The translations under genes were made by a program, and so were the position numbers. Positions 1 to 11,428 of a stretch of 64,000 nucleotides of DNA are shown piece after piece. Below the pieces are notes generated by a model. That model searched no databases. It worked only from the letters and a program-made list of their open reading frames with translations, and was not told where the DNA came from. The stretch is taken from assembly GCA_000182565.2 (NCBI GenBank), contig KQ257456.1. One strand, given 5' to 3'. The stretch comes from Spizellomyces punctatus DAOM BR117 (lineage: Eukaryota). Numbering within the stretch: position 1 is the first letter of the stretch; the number at the start of each line of letters is the position of its first letter.

Positions 1-164
1 GCTTTCGCTCCGGGAATGGCCAAGTTGGAGAGATGGGCTATATTTTGACCATCCCATATATATGAGTGAATAATTTGGGCACGGTTGACCCTTCGGATTT
101 GACGTCGGTGAATCTGTCCCTTCGAGTATCTGACTTCTTTGGACAAATATTTGCCGAATATTAG

Positions 165-1333
165 GGCCGTCTGGCATTCGAAGATCTCCTCTCCGAATGT
201 GTTCAGGAGCTTGCTTTTGAGATACACAGGGAAGAAACGAGAAAGAAGGCAGTTTGCCAAGTATGTCACACAAGGCAAGTTGATATTCATCCTCAAGATA
301 TTACAACGATTTTCCCTGCAGCCAAGTTCTGATGTACACATTACAATGCTGATCTACAGATGTCTTGCATATGGTACGACGGGCTTTTGTTCTCTGGATT
401 TTGACAGCATCCCATTTTACCCGACGAGACCCTTTCTGACTATCCATTTTTTAATCCTCCGCAGCTTCCCCTGGTCCTGGTAGTGACATATATGGACTCC
501 CTTTGGGGGATAAGAATGCGGTCACGGACAAATTCAAATGTTATAAGTGCAATAACTGGTACCCTGCGCAGCGATATGCTCCCCATCTAGAGAAATGCCT
601 TGGCTTTGGAGGTCGTACCAACTCGCGGTCGTCTAGCCGAAGGTATGATGATGATGGCGGCTTCAGATCTCATCAAATGACTCCAATTAACTTTGCTTGC
701 GGCGCGTCTGCTCTCGTAGACCGGGTACTGAGCGTGCGTCGGCATCCCCGTTTGGGGCGGATTCCGACACCGAATCGGGTACCGTGAACGGCGAGAAAAG
801 AGGCGTCAAACGCAAAGAATCACCTTTGAGAAAATCACTTGGAAAGAGAATGAAATTATGTATGAAGGCGCTACTCGTTTTTTGCTTACGACTAGGCTCG
901 CTCTATAGTGACTCTTCTTTCTGTATAGCTGCAACGGACTTCCCTGGCCGCATTTCAGTGGTAAGGCACCGTTCATGCGATTCTTGGGAGCTACAAATTC
1001 CCTTATTTCTTGTCTCTCGTCTAGCCAACGCGTGAGCCGGTCAACTCGTCCCCATTAAGATCTTCCTCACCAATTCGTGAGACATCACCCGATGTGTCAC
1101 CGTCCCTAATTGGTATGTTTGCGAATAAAACGATGCCTACTATACCGCTTGTAGAGGACTTCATTGGTAAGTATATGTTGCGGATCATATTCTGGTCAAT
1201 GCAAAATGAATGGCATTTGCTCTTGTCCTGATTCTCTGCACTCACTGGCTGCCTCTTCTAAACTCTGTCTCAAGATATCGATGGTGATGCTGACGCATTG
1301 GGTAGTGAGGAGGATGATCTATCTCATGACTAG
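165..1333 (+). CDS. SGF11: SAGA deubiquitination-module subunit Sgf11 (multi-exon; 5' exon not resolved, may lie outside the window)
   Basis: Spliced reading gives RLAFEDLLSECVQELAFEIHREE...CQVCHTRC, then DIYG...FKCYKCNNWYPAQRYAPHLEKCLG (Sgf11 zinc finger). A Ser/acidic tail ends ...DDLSHD-TAG at 1331-1333. Confidence 0.85.
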
Positions 1334-1583
1334 GTACAGTTTGTCGTTGCCTGACAAACGATTGCAACCGGGCACTCCATGCACTGTTATTGGCGTGACG
1401 TGGTTATGTTATCAGAAGGTGATGAGTGGGGAGTTGAAAGGAGGAGTTAGCTATGTATTTATTATCGGCTCAAGCTCTGTACATAAATCAAATGATGTCA
1501 TGTTTTCAAACGCCGCGACAGGACTGCAGTCTAGTATATCCATAATGTTCATGTGGGTGCGATCTAGGATGTACTAAATAACC

Positions 1584-4500
1584 TCAACCAGCTACTGCTG
1601 GCAGCTTCGCGGCGGCCAAAAGATCGGCCACCAACTCTATCATCACAGCTCCACTCCAGGCCTGCGTAGGACAACTTCCTCCGCAGAATCCACCATTTTC
1701 GTTGGTCAGCTCGGGTAGTCCCGCATATGGGCTTTGCGTACTGTCGAGGATGTGATGCTTGTGGCGGAGGAGTACACGCTGAATATAGGCGTACACAGAG
1801 TCGACCTAAATAGCAACACCTTGAGCACTAATGAAGTCAAGAGTGCCCTCTTGATATCGACAGCCCACCTTGCTTGGATCATGTCCAGGTGCTTTGGTAT
1901 GGAAGTACAGATACGCACGAAGGAAGAATCCTAACGGATACACCCATTCCTGAAATGCACCCATGAGTGCGCAATCCTCATCCGGCCGTTCTCTGATACA
2001 TGTACTCACCGGACCCTGATGATAGTTGAAACCATGAGCAACCGTGGCATCTGTACCGTCATTCGCGTTGTCGTACACCCCGCGGTACGCCCAATCGCGT
2101 GGGTCCAGCGTCTTGATCCCTATGTAAATCGAATTATCAGATCATCGGTCGGTGTACTCATACTTTGAATGACAACATCGTGCATACCCAATGGACCCAC
2201 AAGCTGCTCCTTGACAACATCTAGTGCCTGGCGGGCATGATCCGGATTAAACAATTCCGGAGCCTAAAAAGGATCAATTGTCAGAGCACAACAAGCGTAA
2301 AGTATCTTTGTGGCTCAAAAAGCCGACTACTTACCACAACCATGGCAATACAGAAGTTTGGGCGCAGCTGGAATCCCATAAAGTCTCGCATACTTCCAAC
2401 CGTGTCTCTGTATATCCCACGTCGATGTACAAGATTAGGTTTGTCGATATTGTATTCCGGATCTTGATTTGGATCTACGACAAGTCAGTGTGAAGACCGT
2501 CGCACTTTTGAACCCTTCTTTACAGGTTACCTACCGGTGGGTACGTAAAAGTGCCTTTCGAAAGAGGACTGAAGCAACGTATTCCAAACTTGATAGGTTA
2601 CCAACTTGTCATGACCATTGCCATCTGATGGAAACGCACATGCGGTAGCTCGGTCAGGCAAGATTTACGATGTTGATTCCATTGCATGGCGACCGACCTG
2701 TGATCAAAACACCTTCCCACGTCCACCACTTCTTCCCAAGTCCCTTGCCGAGGACATCTTCCACAACCCATTTCAATGCCGCTTTTGCTAGTCCGCAAAT
2801 TTCAACGGCGGCGCCGTCCCGCGGTGTTGCTGGGACACCCTTTGTTCCGGCCTTTTCGGAATCACCCATTTTGTCCATCCAAGTCCCACAGTTCCATCTA
2901 TTGCCACCCACTACCAATCCATCCATTTGCCAGTCCACTCGCGCCTCTACATCAAATCCTTCGCTTCGCATGGCGTGATCGAGATTCGCCCCAGCGTTCC
3001 ATTCACGGAACTTGATGCCGCGTGCATGCCGTTCCAGCAATTCATGGCATAATTGAGCTATTGTGCTTCGGTGGACAAATGCTCTGGATGGATCATCATA
3101 TGGACAATAAGTGTCACCTTGTCCATCATCATCTTCGTCCGCGACGGCTAGATAGTCAGGATTTCTATATCTTCGCCGCGGAGTAAAACGCCGTGCGACC
3201 TCCACACCTAGAAAAGCATATCCTTCAGGCGACAGTCTACAGTATTCTGCAACACTATATAACCACCACCAAGCAGCATCGCGAGCATTGTACCGCGGCA
3301 TAATGCCTTGATCGAGAAGGTTAGGTATCAATCCATGCCGTAATGTCGATCCAAATGCTATCAAATGGGCTCGAGCTGCGTGGTAATGTCCAGGTCGCAA
3401 AAACATGCCTCTTAGCGATATGAAGATGTCGCGACCCCAGCACCGCATGTATTGGGTTGCGAAGTGGGGCAATCCCGCCGCTAGTGACGGATTCTTCTTC
3501 TTCTGAGCGTCAGGAGGACCGGTATCTGGAGCAACAAGACCCAATGGGTATTGGGGTGGAACCAGTCCAGTTGACAAGACGCGACCGTACAGTTGGAAGG
3601 TCATCATTGAACATGCATTGTTGAAGGCTTCCAAGGATGACTTTCGGTTGCCAGCTACTTGACACATTTGGAGACGTGATGCATCCATCGTTAGCGCGCG
3701 ATACCGCAAAGCCTGATAGGCTGAGCAAACTACGAAAGTGAAATATTTGGGGGAGAAGGAGGGTGATAGCTTTTTAACCAGCGCCAATCGGTCCGATAGC
3801 CATATTTGAAGGGCTTTGAGAGTAGGGTACATTTGCAAATGCCTGTGAGGTAGAAGTTAGTACGGTAGTCGCTACGTTTATGGTACGTCAAAGAGTACCT
3901 TTTCAAACGGGCCACAATGTAGTCTGCCATCCATGGGCCGCTGCGCAAGTTTCCAAATACGGGATGACCCAGATCATTATTTCGCGCAACTGGTTGTAAA
4001 GCTGAAACGAACCCTTGAAGACCACAGTATGATAAGCGTCCATATCCAGGGACGTCATAGACGCTGTCGCCTTAGATATCTCAAGTTAGTTCAATACCCG
4101 GAACATGTGATAGATTTTACTCACCCGTCGTGTCCTCCTCCTCAGCAGCAGAGCGATAGAGTGCAACGTTGATGTCGAGCATATCTAAGCCCTCCACAGC
4201 TTCCCACAAACCGGGTGGCCACTTCGTCTTCTTATCGCCATACCAGAGATGTCCTGATCCAAGCACATCCCAACCCAGTTTCACCATAACCTCAATGCCT
4301 TCGTTGGTGCGGTCCATTCCCAGCATGCTCCAGAGACTTGCAAACACACCAGGAGATAGCGACAATGTTCTTGACGATACTGATATGGTCATGCCCTCAG
4401 TTACCCGAGGCTCGTCCTTTCCATTTCCGACTACTGATGTCCGGTAGAGTACGATGGATCCAGGTCTGAACGTGTCTTTGTCGACGGTAATTACTGTTTG

Positions 4501-7500
4501 CATATCACCATCAGCACCGATAGCCTCCTCTCTCGCATAGGATTTTGTAGTAACCGTGGTTGAGAACGTCAACGTTGATGGCAGACCTGATATAGTCCCT
4601 ACTACCTGACGAAAACCAGGTGCCGGAATATCGAACGTGTGGTACATGGCAGTCGGTGATTGAAGCGGAAGCAGACCATCGGCGTTACCCGGATCATGAG
4701 GCTCATTTTCCCAGTGTGTTGGAGTATGTACGTCTGACGTTGCCCCGTGAACAGTGAGAGTGCCAGATTCCATGACATGTACAACCTGGTTACGCAGAAA
4801 AATGGGCGAATGCACTAGATTCGTGCACAAGATTATTATGACTTCCAAGATTGTACGAGTTACGAGATGAGGAACCATACCGTCTTCGCTATGGTGATGA
4901 TGGAAAGCTGTCCGGGCAATAAGCAGGTATCCTTCGTGCGTGATGGGATGCAGGCGATGGATGGAAATGAACTAAGTTATGTTAGTAAAGACTTGGGGAT
5001 TTCAGAGGGGGGCCTGCACTCACATCGTGTTCTTGGTGGACGTGGATTTCAGAATACCCTTCTCTCGCCATCTTTAGATGGACGTTATACAGTACTGATT
5101 TCGCTTTTATAGGAATGGCATGTCAAATGAAGCCAGATGAAGTCTCACGTTAGACTATTCACGCCACGCACCTGGTAAAATACCGTCGTTGAAATCAGGG
5201 ACTCGATATTTTCGTGATTCTGTAACAAGATTCAGCAGTTCCGGAACAATCTCGTCATATCCCATCACACTGCCAACCGCACAGCTTGACATTGCGACGA
5301 TTGCAGCATTTGGTAGCGTATCCGCTGCAGTCCGCTTTTGATGCGGCGTTTCATTGTCATGAGTACTAAATACGATAAGTAAGTGCTCAAGCAGCTGACG
5401 CATCATACCTTGCAGTAGCTTACCAGTCCATGAAGAGCGCATGAGGTACCGAACCCTTCACATCAACCAAGATCTCTTCCTCCTCGGCGCTTGATGAAAA
5501 TACGTTAGAGTTCAAATCATGTCCAAGAATGTCTAGCGGAAAGTTTTCTGGGGGAAATGTTAACGATCCTGCATAGACAGACTTGGATAAGCACCAAAAT
5601 ACAACAAACACAAGGCTGATCATTCTCATACCGACGGGCTGTCCACCATATCGATGAACCAGGCGACTCAGCTCATGTGGATCCCAGGCATTCATGGCCT
5701 CTCGAATAAGCGAGTTGATGCCCAGTTTAGAAACAAACATGATATCCTTCTCCTCTGATCCAGTGAACAACTCCGCAAACACGTATAAGTCTGGGTTAAC
5801 TCTTCGACCGGCATCCAAAAGCGCCGACGCCACATGTAGTGGGGTTGAATGGCAATTATCAATACGTAAGCCGTCAAAGAGACGAGCCATTTTTTGCGTA
5901 TAAGCAATCTGGTGCTCCCAAAGCCAAGGGTTATCTTCCTGTAGCAAATTGAGATATAAGGTTAACGTGACACTCAAGGATAAGGACCCGGGAAATGTTC
6001 CCAAAACAAATACACGCATGTTCGTACTGGCTTGTCCCCGTAACGAAGCTTTACACAATCACTCCAAGCAATTACTTCTCGTCGCAGGTAGGATTTCGAG
6101 TCTGCGGCTGCAAAGTTAACCAAAGGGTCGGCATTCCAGATCCAGCCGTTGTTTGCTAATACAAGTTCGTCTACATGTCGGGATCTTGTTAGTTCATTGC
6201 GAGGCAACCTCGTGAAATAGGTATCAACGAGAGGCTTCCTAAAGAACGCACAAATGTCAGATCGAGTACAGTTCCCGTCCCCCTGCCAGATGCAGCTGCA
6301 CCTACTCTCTCGAAATTGCGCCAAGTTTTGGTCCATGGGGGTCTATCCGGAGATACCTTGCACGGTTTGTGATATTTTCTATGATAGCAGCCACGTCCGC
6401 ATCGTGCTCCTGGTACAACGGAAGGTTGATCTCATTCAGGATAGCTTCGTATCGTGATATTTGTGCTTCCAAATCCTCAAGGTGCAGGTCCACTGCTAAT
6501 TTATGGATGAACTCTGCAGCCAATTCACTGTCGATTGTCTTTGCGTATCGACTGCCGTCTTTTGCATCCACTAGACAATCGTGGGACAAAAGTTGGGCTT
6601 GTCCTTGGAGTGACAAAATGCCGAGGTTCCGGGATGAGTACCGATTCTGGTCAGGAGAACGTCCCTGGGATGAGAGCACTTTTCGTAATTCGGCTACAGC
6701 TAGTTGAGCATCCACAATATAAAATTCCCATAGCTTCACCCGAGGTATAACCTTGGATTTGACAACATCAAGAACTCGTTGCAAATCCTCTTCAGTATGT
6801 ATGGCCGCCGGTTTTCCATACTTTTGGACCAGATCATCTGAGAACTGAAGTAGCGCTTCCTCGAGCTCGTATGCAGGCCGAAGATGCGGTGACGTTTTCA
6901 GATTGTAACCTGCGGGGAGGAGTGCAGGTTCAGGTTAAACACATAGGACAGGTCAAGTGTTCAACAGAAAAAATACCTGCTTCAGGATGTTCTTGTAACC
7001 AGCTACTATTGCAAGCTGTATGGTTCCACACTATATCTGTGACACTAAGGATCCCATTTTCCTTCCGAATCTTTCCTAAAGTATTCCGTAAACTCTCCTC
7101 TTTCTCCTTTTCTGTCAACTTTGTATCGAACCAGTCATCCGAAATGGAGAGTTGATCATATATGCTGTATGGCGAATTGGAGGTTCCTCGTGCGTTCATC
7201 GGAGCAAAATGGACCATATTGTAACCAGTCTCTGCAAAAGCCGAAAAGTATGGTGGCCAGTGCGAAAGAGTAGGCATCCATTTGGGAATAACAGTCAGAA
7301 TGGATATGCCATCCAAGGGTAGGAGGATTTTTTCCGGTGATTTGATTTTAGGATCATTCAAGGCGGTATTGGGAAGGTACAGCCGTGGGTCCACCACCAA
7401 CGCTCCTGGTGTTTTGGAACGTGTTCGTTGGCCTGTCTGCCAGTTGTCATACTCCACATAGTACTCAAATACTCCTGGAATGCGTATCGTAATCTCAACT

Positions 7501-8031
7501 GTAAAATCCGCCAGACCTTCATTATGGAAGCTGCAGGGACAGAATGCAGAAAAGTGCTCAAAAACCCGTTCTGCAGGATGTAAAGGTCAAATGCACGGGT
7601 AACTCACTCGACGGACTGGAATTTACTTCGTTCAAAAGTACTCCTAAAGATATGCACCACGTTGAGGTGATTGTTCAATTAGATCACTTCAACAAACATG
7701 AGAAGTTATCTGGCTCCAGAACGAGCTCACCCAGCAGCCGGATAATTCGTGTGAAGAGTGGGTTTTCGGGACGCAACACAACCAGCTGTAATTATCAGAC
7801 GCAGTACATATGGTTGACTATCTACAGGCGGAGGTAACCGCACATACTAGACGCATGACAAAGACAAAGTCGAGTCAGCAAATGGGGAGCCAGTCAAAAG
7901 GCTCTTATCTGAACGCCAAAGCTAGCTACAGTATATATGGCGAATACAAGACGGTCGCCCTTGATTCCTACCTTCTTTCGTTCTTCGGGAGACCCGTCGT
8001 CACCCAGCCGAAGGGTGAAAATGACTGTCAT
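1584..8031 (-). CDS. GDB1: Glycogen debranching enzyme (4-alpha-glucanotransferase / amylo-1,6-glucosidase), multi-exon
   Basis: Conserved motifs: [102 protein letters not shown]. Start MTVIFTLRL at 8031. Confidence 0.96.
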
Positions 8032-8579
8032 CTTGCAGGAGATCTCCAAAGCTTGTGGGAAACGAGGCGTCGGAAGCTGCGCGACGCGTCGGATGTCTGG
8101 AACGAACCAGGATTGCTGCACTTCGAACCGCATTTGCAGGTGATCGAATCTGACAACCAATGCAAAAGGCGCTGACCTTTTGGGGATATCCGCCGATGCT
8201 TTGTTTGTCCATCATGTTCCTGCTTACAGTGCTATTACGAAAAAGAGAGTAGGATAATCGTAGAGATAGATGAGCGTCGAGCCTGTTGATGGATAATTTA
8301 TCTTGGGCCGAGAGCTTTGAAGACGCAAGGCCCCCACAGATCAACGGCCACGAATGTATGGATTCTCACCTTGGCCTTTCTAACGGCAATGAGCCATTTG
8401 CATAGCTGCTACCCCGACGGCTTGTCATTGGGGTATTGGTCTAACGTTGTCAAGTGAAAACGATGATCGGAGGGCTTACCCAAGATCATCGACCACGTGA
8501 GATCATTCCGGACAGTTCCGCGGTTCAACGAGCTCTGATATCCTTCAACACGATCTTTGCATCTAGATTTGTAGAGAGG

Positions 8580-11030
8580 ATGGCCGCAACAGCTCAGAAA
8601 GGGCCTGCACCTAGGACGTTCAGCCTCCAATCGAAGCTGCCGCGTCTTCCCATCCCGTCCTTGGAAGAAACAGCTGAACGCTATCTCCAAACGCTGCGTC
8701 CGGTGCTCACCGAGGAAGAATTCGCACACTCTGAGGCAGCAGTTCGCGAATTCATCAAGCCAGGCGGGTTGGGGCATACTCTCCAACAACGATTGATTGA
8801 GCATGACAAGAATGAGCCCAATTCGTGGTTGGAGAGATGGTGGTTGCGACTAGCGTACCATTCGTGGAGGGAAGGTTTAATGGTCAACTCCAACTGGTAT
8901 ATGTTGGGGAGAGATCACCCGGAGACTCCAAAAGAGCTAATAACCGAGAAGAGCTCTGCGCGAAAGAATGGACAATACACAGATTTCCAGTTGCGTAGGG
9001 CTGCTGGGCTCATTACGAATCTGTTGGATTACAAAAACTTGCTTGATACGTAGGTTCAACTCGATCTCACCTATCGTGAGCGCAAGTGCCCATTAATTTT
9101 TGCGTTTTGTAACAGCGAGACCCTCCCCGTCGACATGACCCGAGCTGGACCTCAGGACATGAACCAGTACCGTCACATTTTTGGTATTACGCGAGTGCCC
9201 AAAGCAGAATGTGACATCAACGTTGGGTCTCACCCAGCACATGCCAAGCATATCGTTGTACTGGTTCGGGATCAAATTTATGCCGTTGATGTTTATGATG
9301 CAAACAATGGCGAACGGGTGTCGATCAGGGATATCGAAAAGTGAGTGAAGGTCCTGTACTGCCAATGACAGGGCATTGCGTTGACCCTGACTTGTAGACA
9401 GCTGAAGACTGTTGTGCAAAGCGTTACACGAGCGAAAGAGATGCAACCGCCAATAGGCTTATTTACCGCCATACATCGCGACAAATGGGCCGAGGTGAAT
9501 AAGACAATTGCAAACGAAACGTGCTGTAGTTTACCAACGGAATGATTCCCGTAGATGCACAAGCATTTGGAAGACTTGAGTGCTGTCAACAGAGAATCCT
9601 TCAAAACCATTGAGACTGCGCTCTTCGCTGTCTCCTTGGATGATTACTGTTTGCCTTTGCATGTAGAGTACCTTGCAAGTGAGTTCTTGTACATTTGACA
9701 CGCAGAGATTGGCTGCTGACATATCGCCGGATCCTATCTCCAGAAAACACCTTCCACGCCATGAATGGACATAATCGCTGGTTTGACAAGTCGATTTCGG
9801 TTTGCATGATGAACGATGGGCGTACTGGCGTGAACGGGGAGGTAGTGTCGTAAACTCGAGATGGATATTGTTTTGATTCCATTTAACGTCTCCTGCTATC
9901 CAGCACTCTCCCTGTGACGCTTTGGTCCCGGCATTGATGGTCGACTACCTTGTCCAACAGTGGGTGTTTAATCTTACTGTCGTGCCAATTCATCTATTTA
10001 CGCTTAACTGAATAATCATTTCCAGCGAGCCTGCCAGTGATCCACCAACTGCCAAGTCCAACCCTGTGATGAGACACCCGAGACAGCTGACATGGCAGAT
10101 CGACGCAAAGATCACAGAGGGTTTGAAAGAAGCAAAGGTCTTTATTGAAAAGACCATTGCCGACAGCGATGTACGAATCTTGCATTACTCGGGATACGGA
10201 TCAGATTTGATGAAGAAGAGTGGTTAGTGACTAGTCGGCAGTATTGGGCTTGCGCACAATGAATTGACCTTTAGTACACGACAGCTAAAGTGAGCCCGGA
10301 TGCCTACATGCAAATGGCGTTGCAGCTTACGTTTTACCGCCTGCACGGGAAGTGCGCTGCTGTGTATGAGACAGCCAGTACCCGACAATTTCTTCATGGG
10401 CGCACCGAGACGTGCCGCTCGCTGTCTTCCGACTCAAAAGCGTTTGTTGAAGCATTCGATCAGCGCAATGTTTCGGTATGTGTGTAATGTTATTGACGAT
10501 CAATAAGTCGATATTACTCACAGACTAATCTTCACAGGCACAAGAAAAATATAATCTGCTACAAAAGGCCTGCACGTCTCATGTTCAATACCTTTCCATT
10601 GCGGGACAAGGACGCGGAGTGGATAGACACCTCCTGGGTCTACGGATGTGCATGAAAGATGGTGAAAGTGCAGAGATCTTCAAGGATCCTGCGTACGGCA
10701 AGTCAAGTTACTGGCAGCTGTCTACAAGTGGATTGTTCCCTGGTGATCGGATCTTGGGAACAGGATTTGGCGCTGTGGTACGCAAACTTGTAACTCCATC
10801 TTTTGCATGCTCTTGAATCTAATTGTGTGTGTTGCATGCAGTACCCCGATGGATACGGTATGAACTATATGATTGCATCCAAAATCATCAAAATCGGCGT
10901 CGAGAGTAAGAATTCGTGCAAGGACACTTCCAGTGGAAAGTATATAGAAACATTAGCCTCCGTTCTGACTGACATGGCTCAGGTGTGCGTCAATGTGAAT
11001 GGTACTGGAGATGCGAAAGCAAAACTGTAG
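8580..11030 (+). CDS. CAT2: Carnitine O-acetyltransferase with C-terminal PTS1 (-AKL), multi-exon
   Basis: Motifs LPRLPIPSLEET, SWLERWW, NRWFDKS, catalytic EHSPCDA, SPDAYMQMALQL, YETASTRQFLHGRTE, DRHLLGL, GFGAV-YPDGYG. Ends GDAKAKL-TAG. Confidence 0.93.
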
Positions 11031-11252
11031 ACGGGTTTAGATGATAGTTTAGGACGACAGTGATAGCATTGTCTATTTCTATTGATTTCTATGGCATGAA
11101 TGGAAGGAATCTTTCTCGATGCATTAGTTGTCAGCTGACGAGACTTTGTCTTTAAATTGCGGCCATCATCTGCAAAAAAAAAAATATCTGGCGTGTGATA
11201 GTACCCCATATACATTCATTTCTCTTCCTTTGTAAAAAGAATTAAATACAGC

Positions 11253-11286
11253 AAAAAACAAAAACAAAAAACAGCAAAACAACAAA
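11253..11286. repeat. A-rich (AAAAC)n-like simple repeat between the convergent 3' ends of CAT2 and SCC3
   Basis: aaaaaacaaaaacaaaaaacagcaaaacaacaaa. Confidence 0.6.
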
Positions 11287-11428
11287 TGGCGTGTCTACAC
11301 TATCAAAAAACAGAAAGTCACATTGCGATAGCATCAACCTCAGCCCTTCAAAATGTTACCCAATTTCGTAATTGTGAAAAAAAGACAGACGCGCAATATA
11401 ACGTCCACATTTATATAATATGGCAGGT

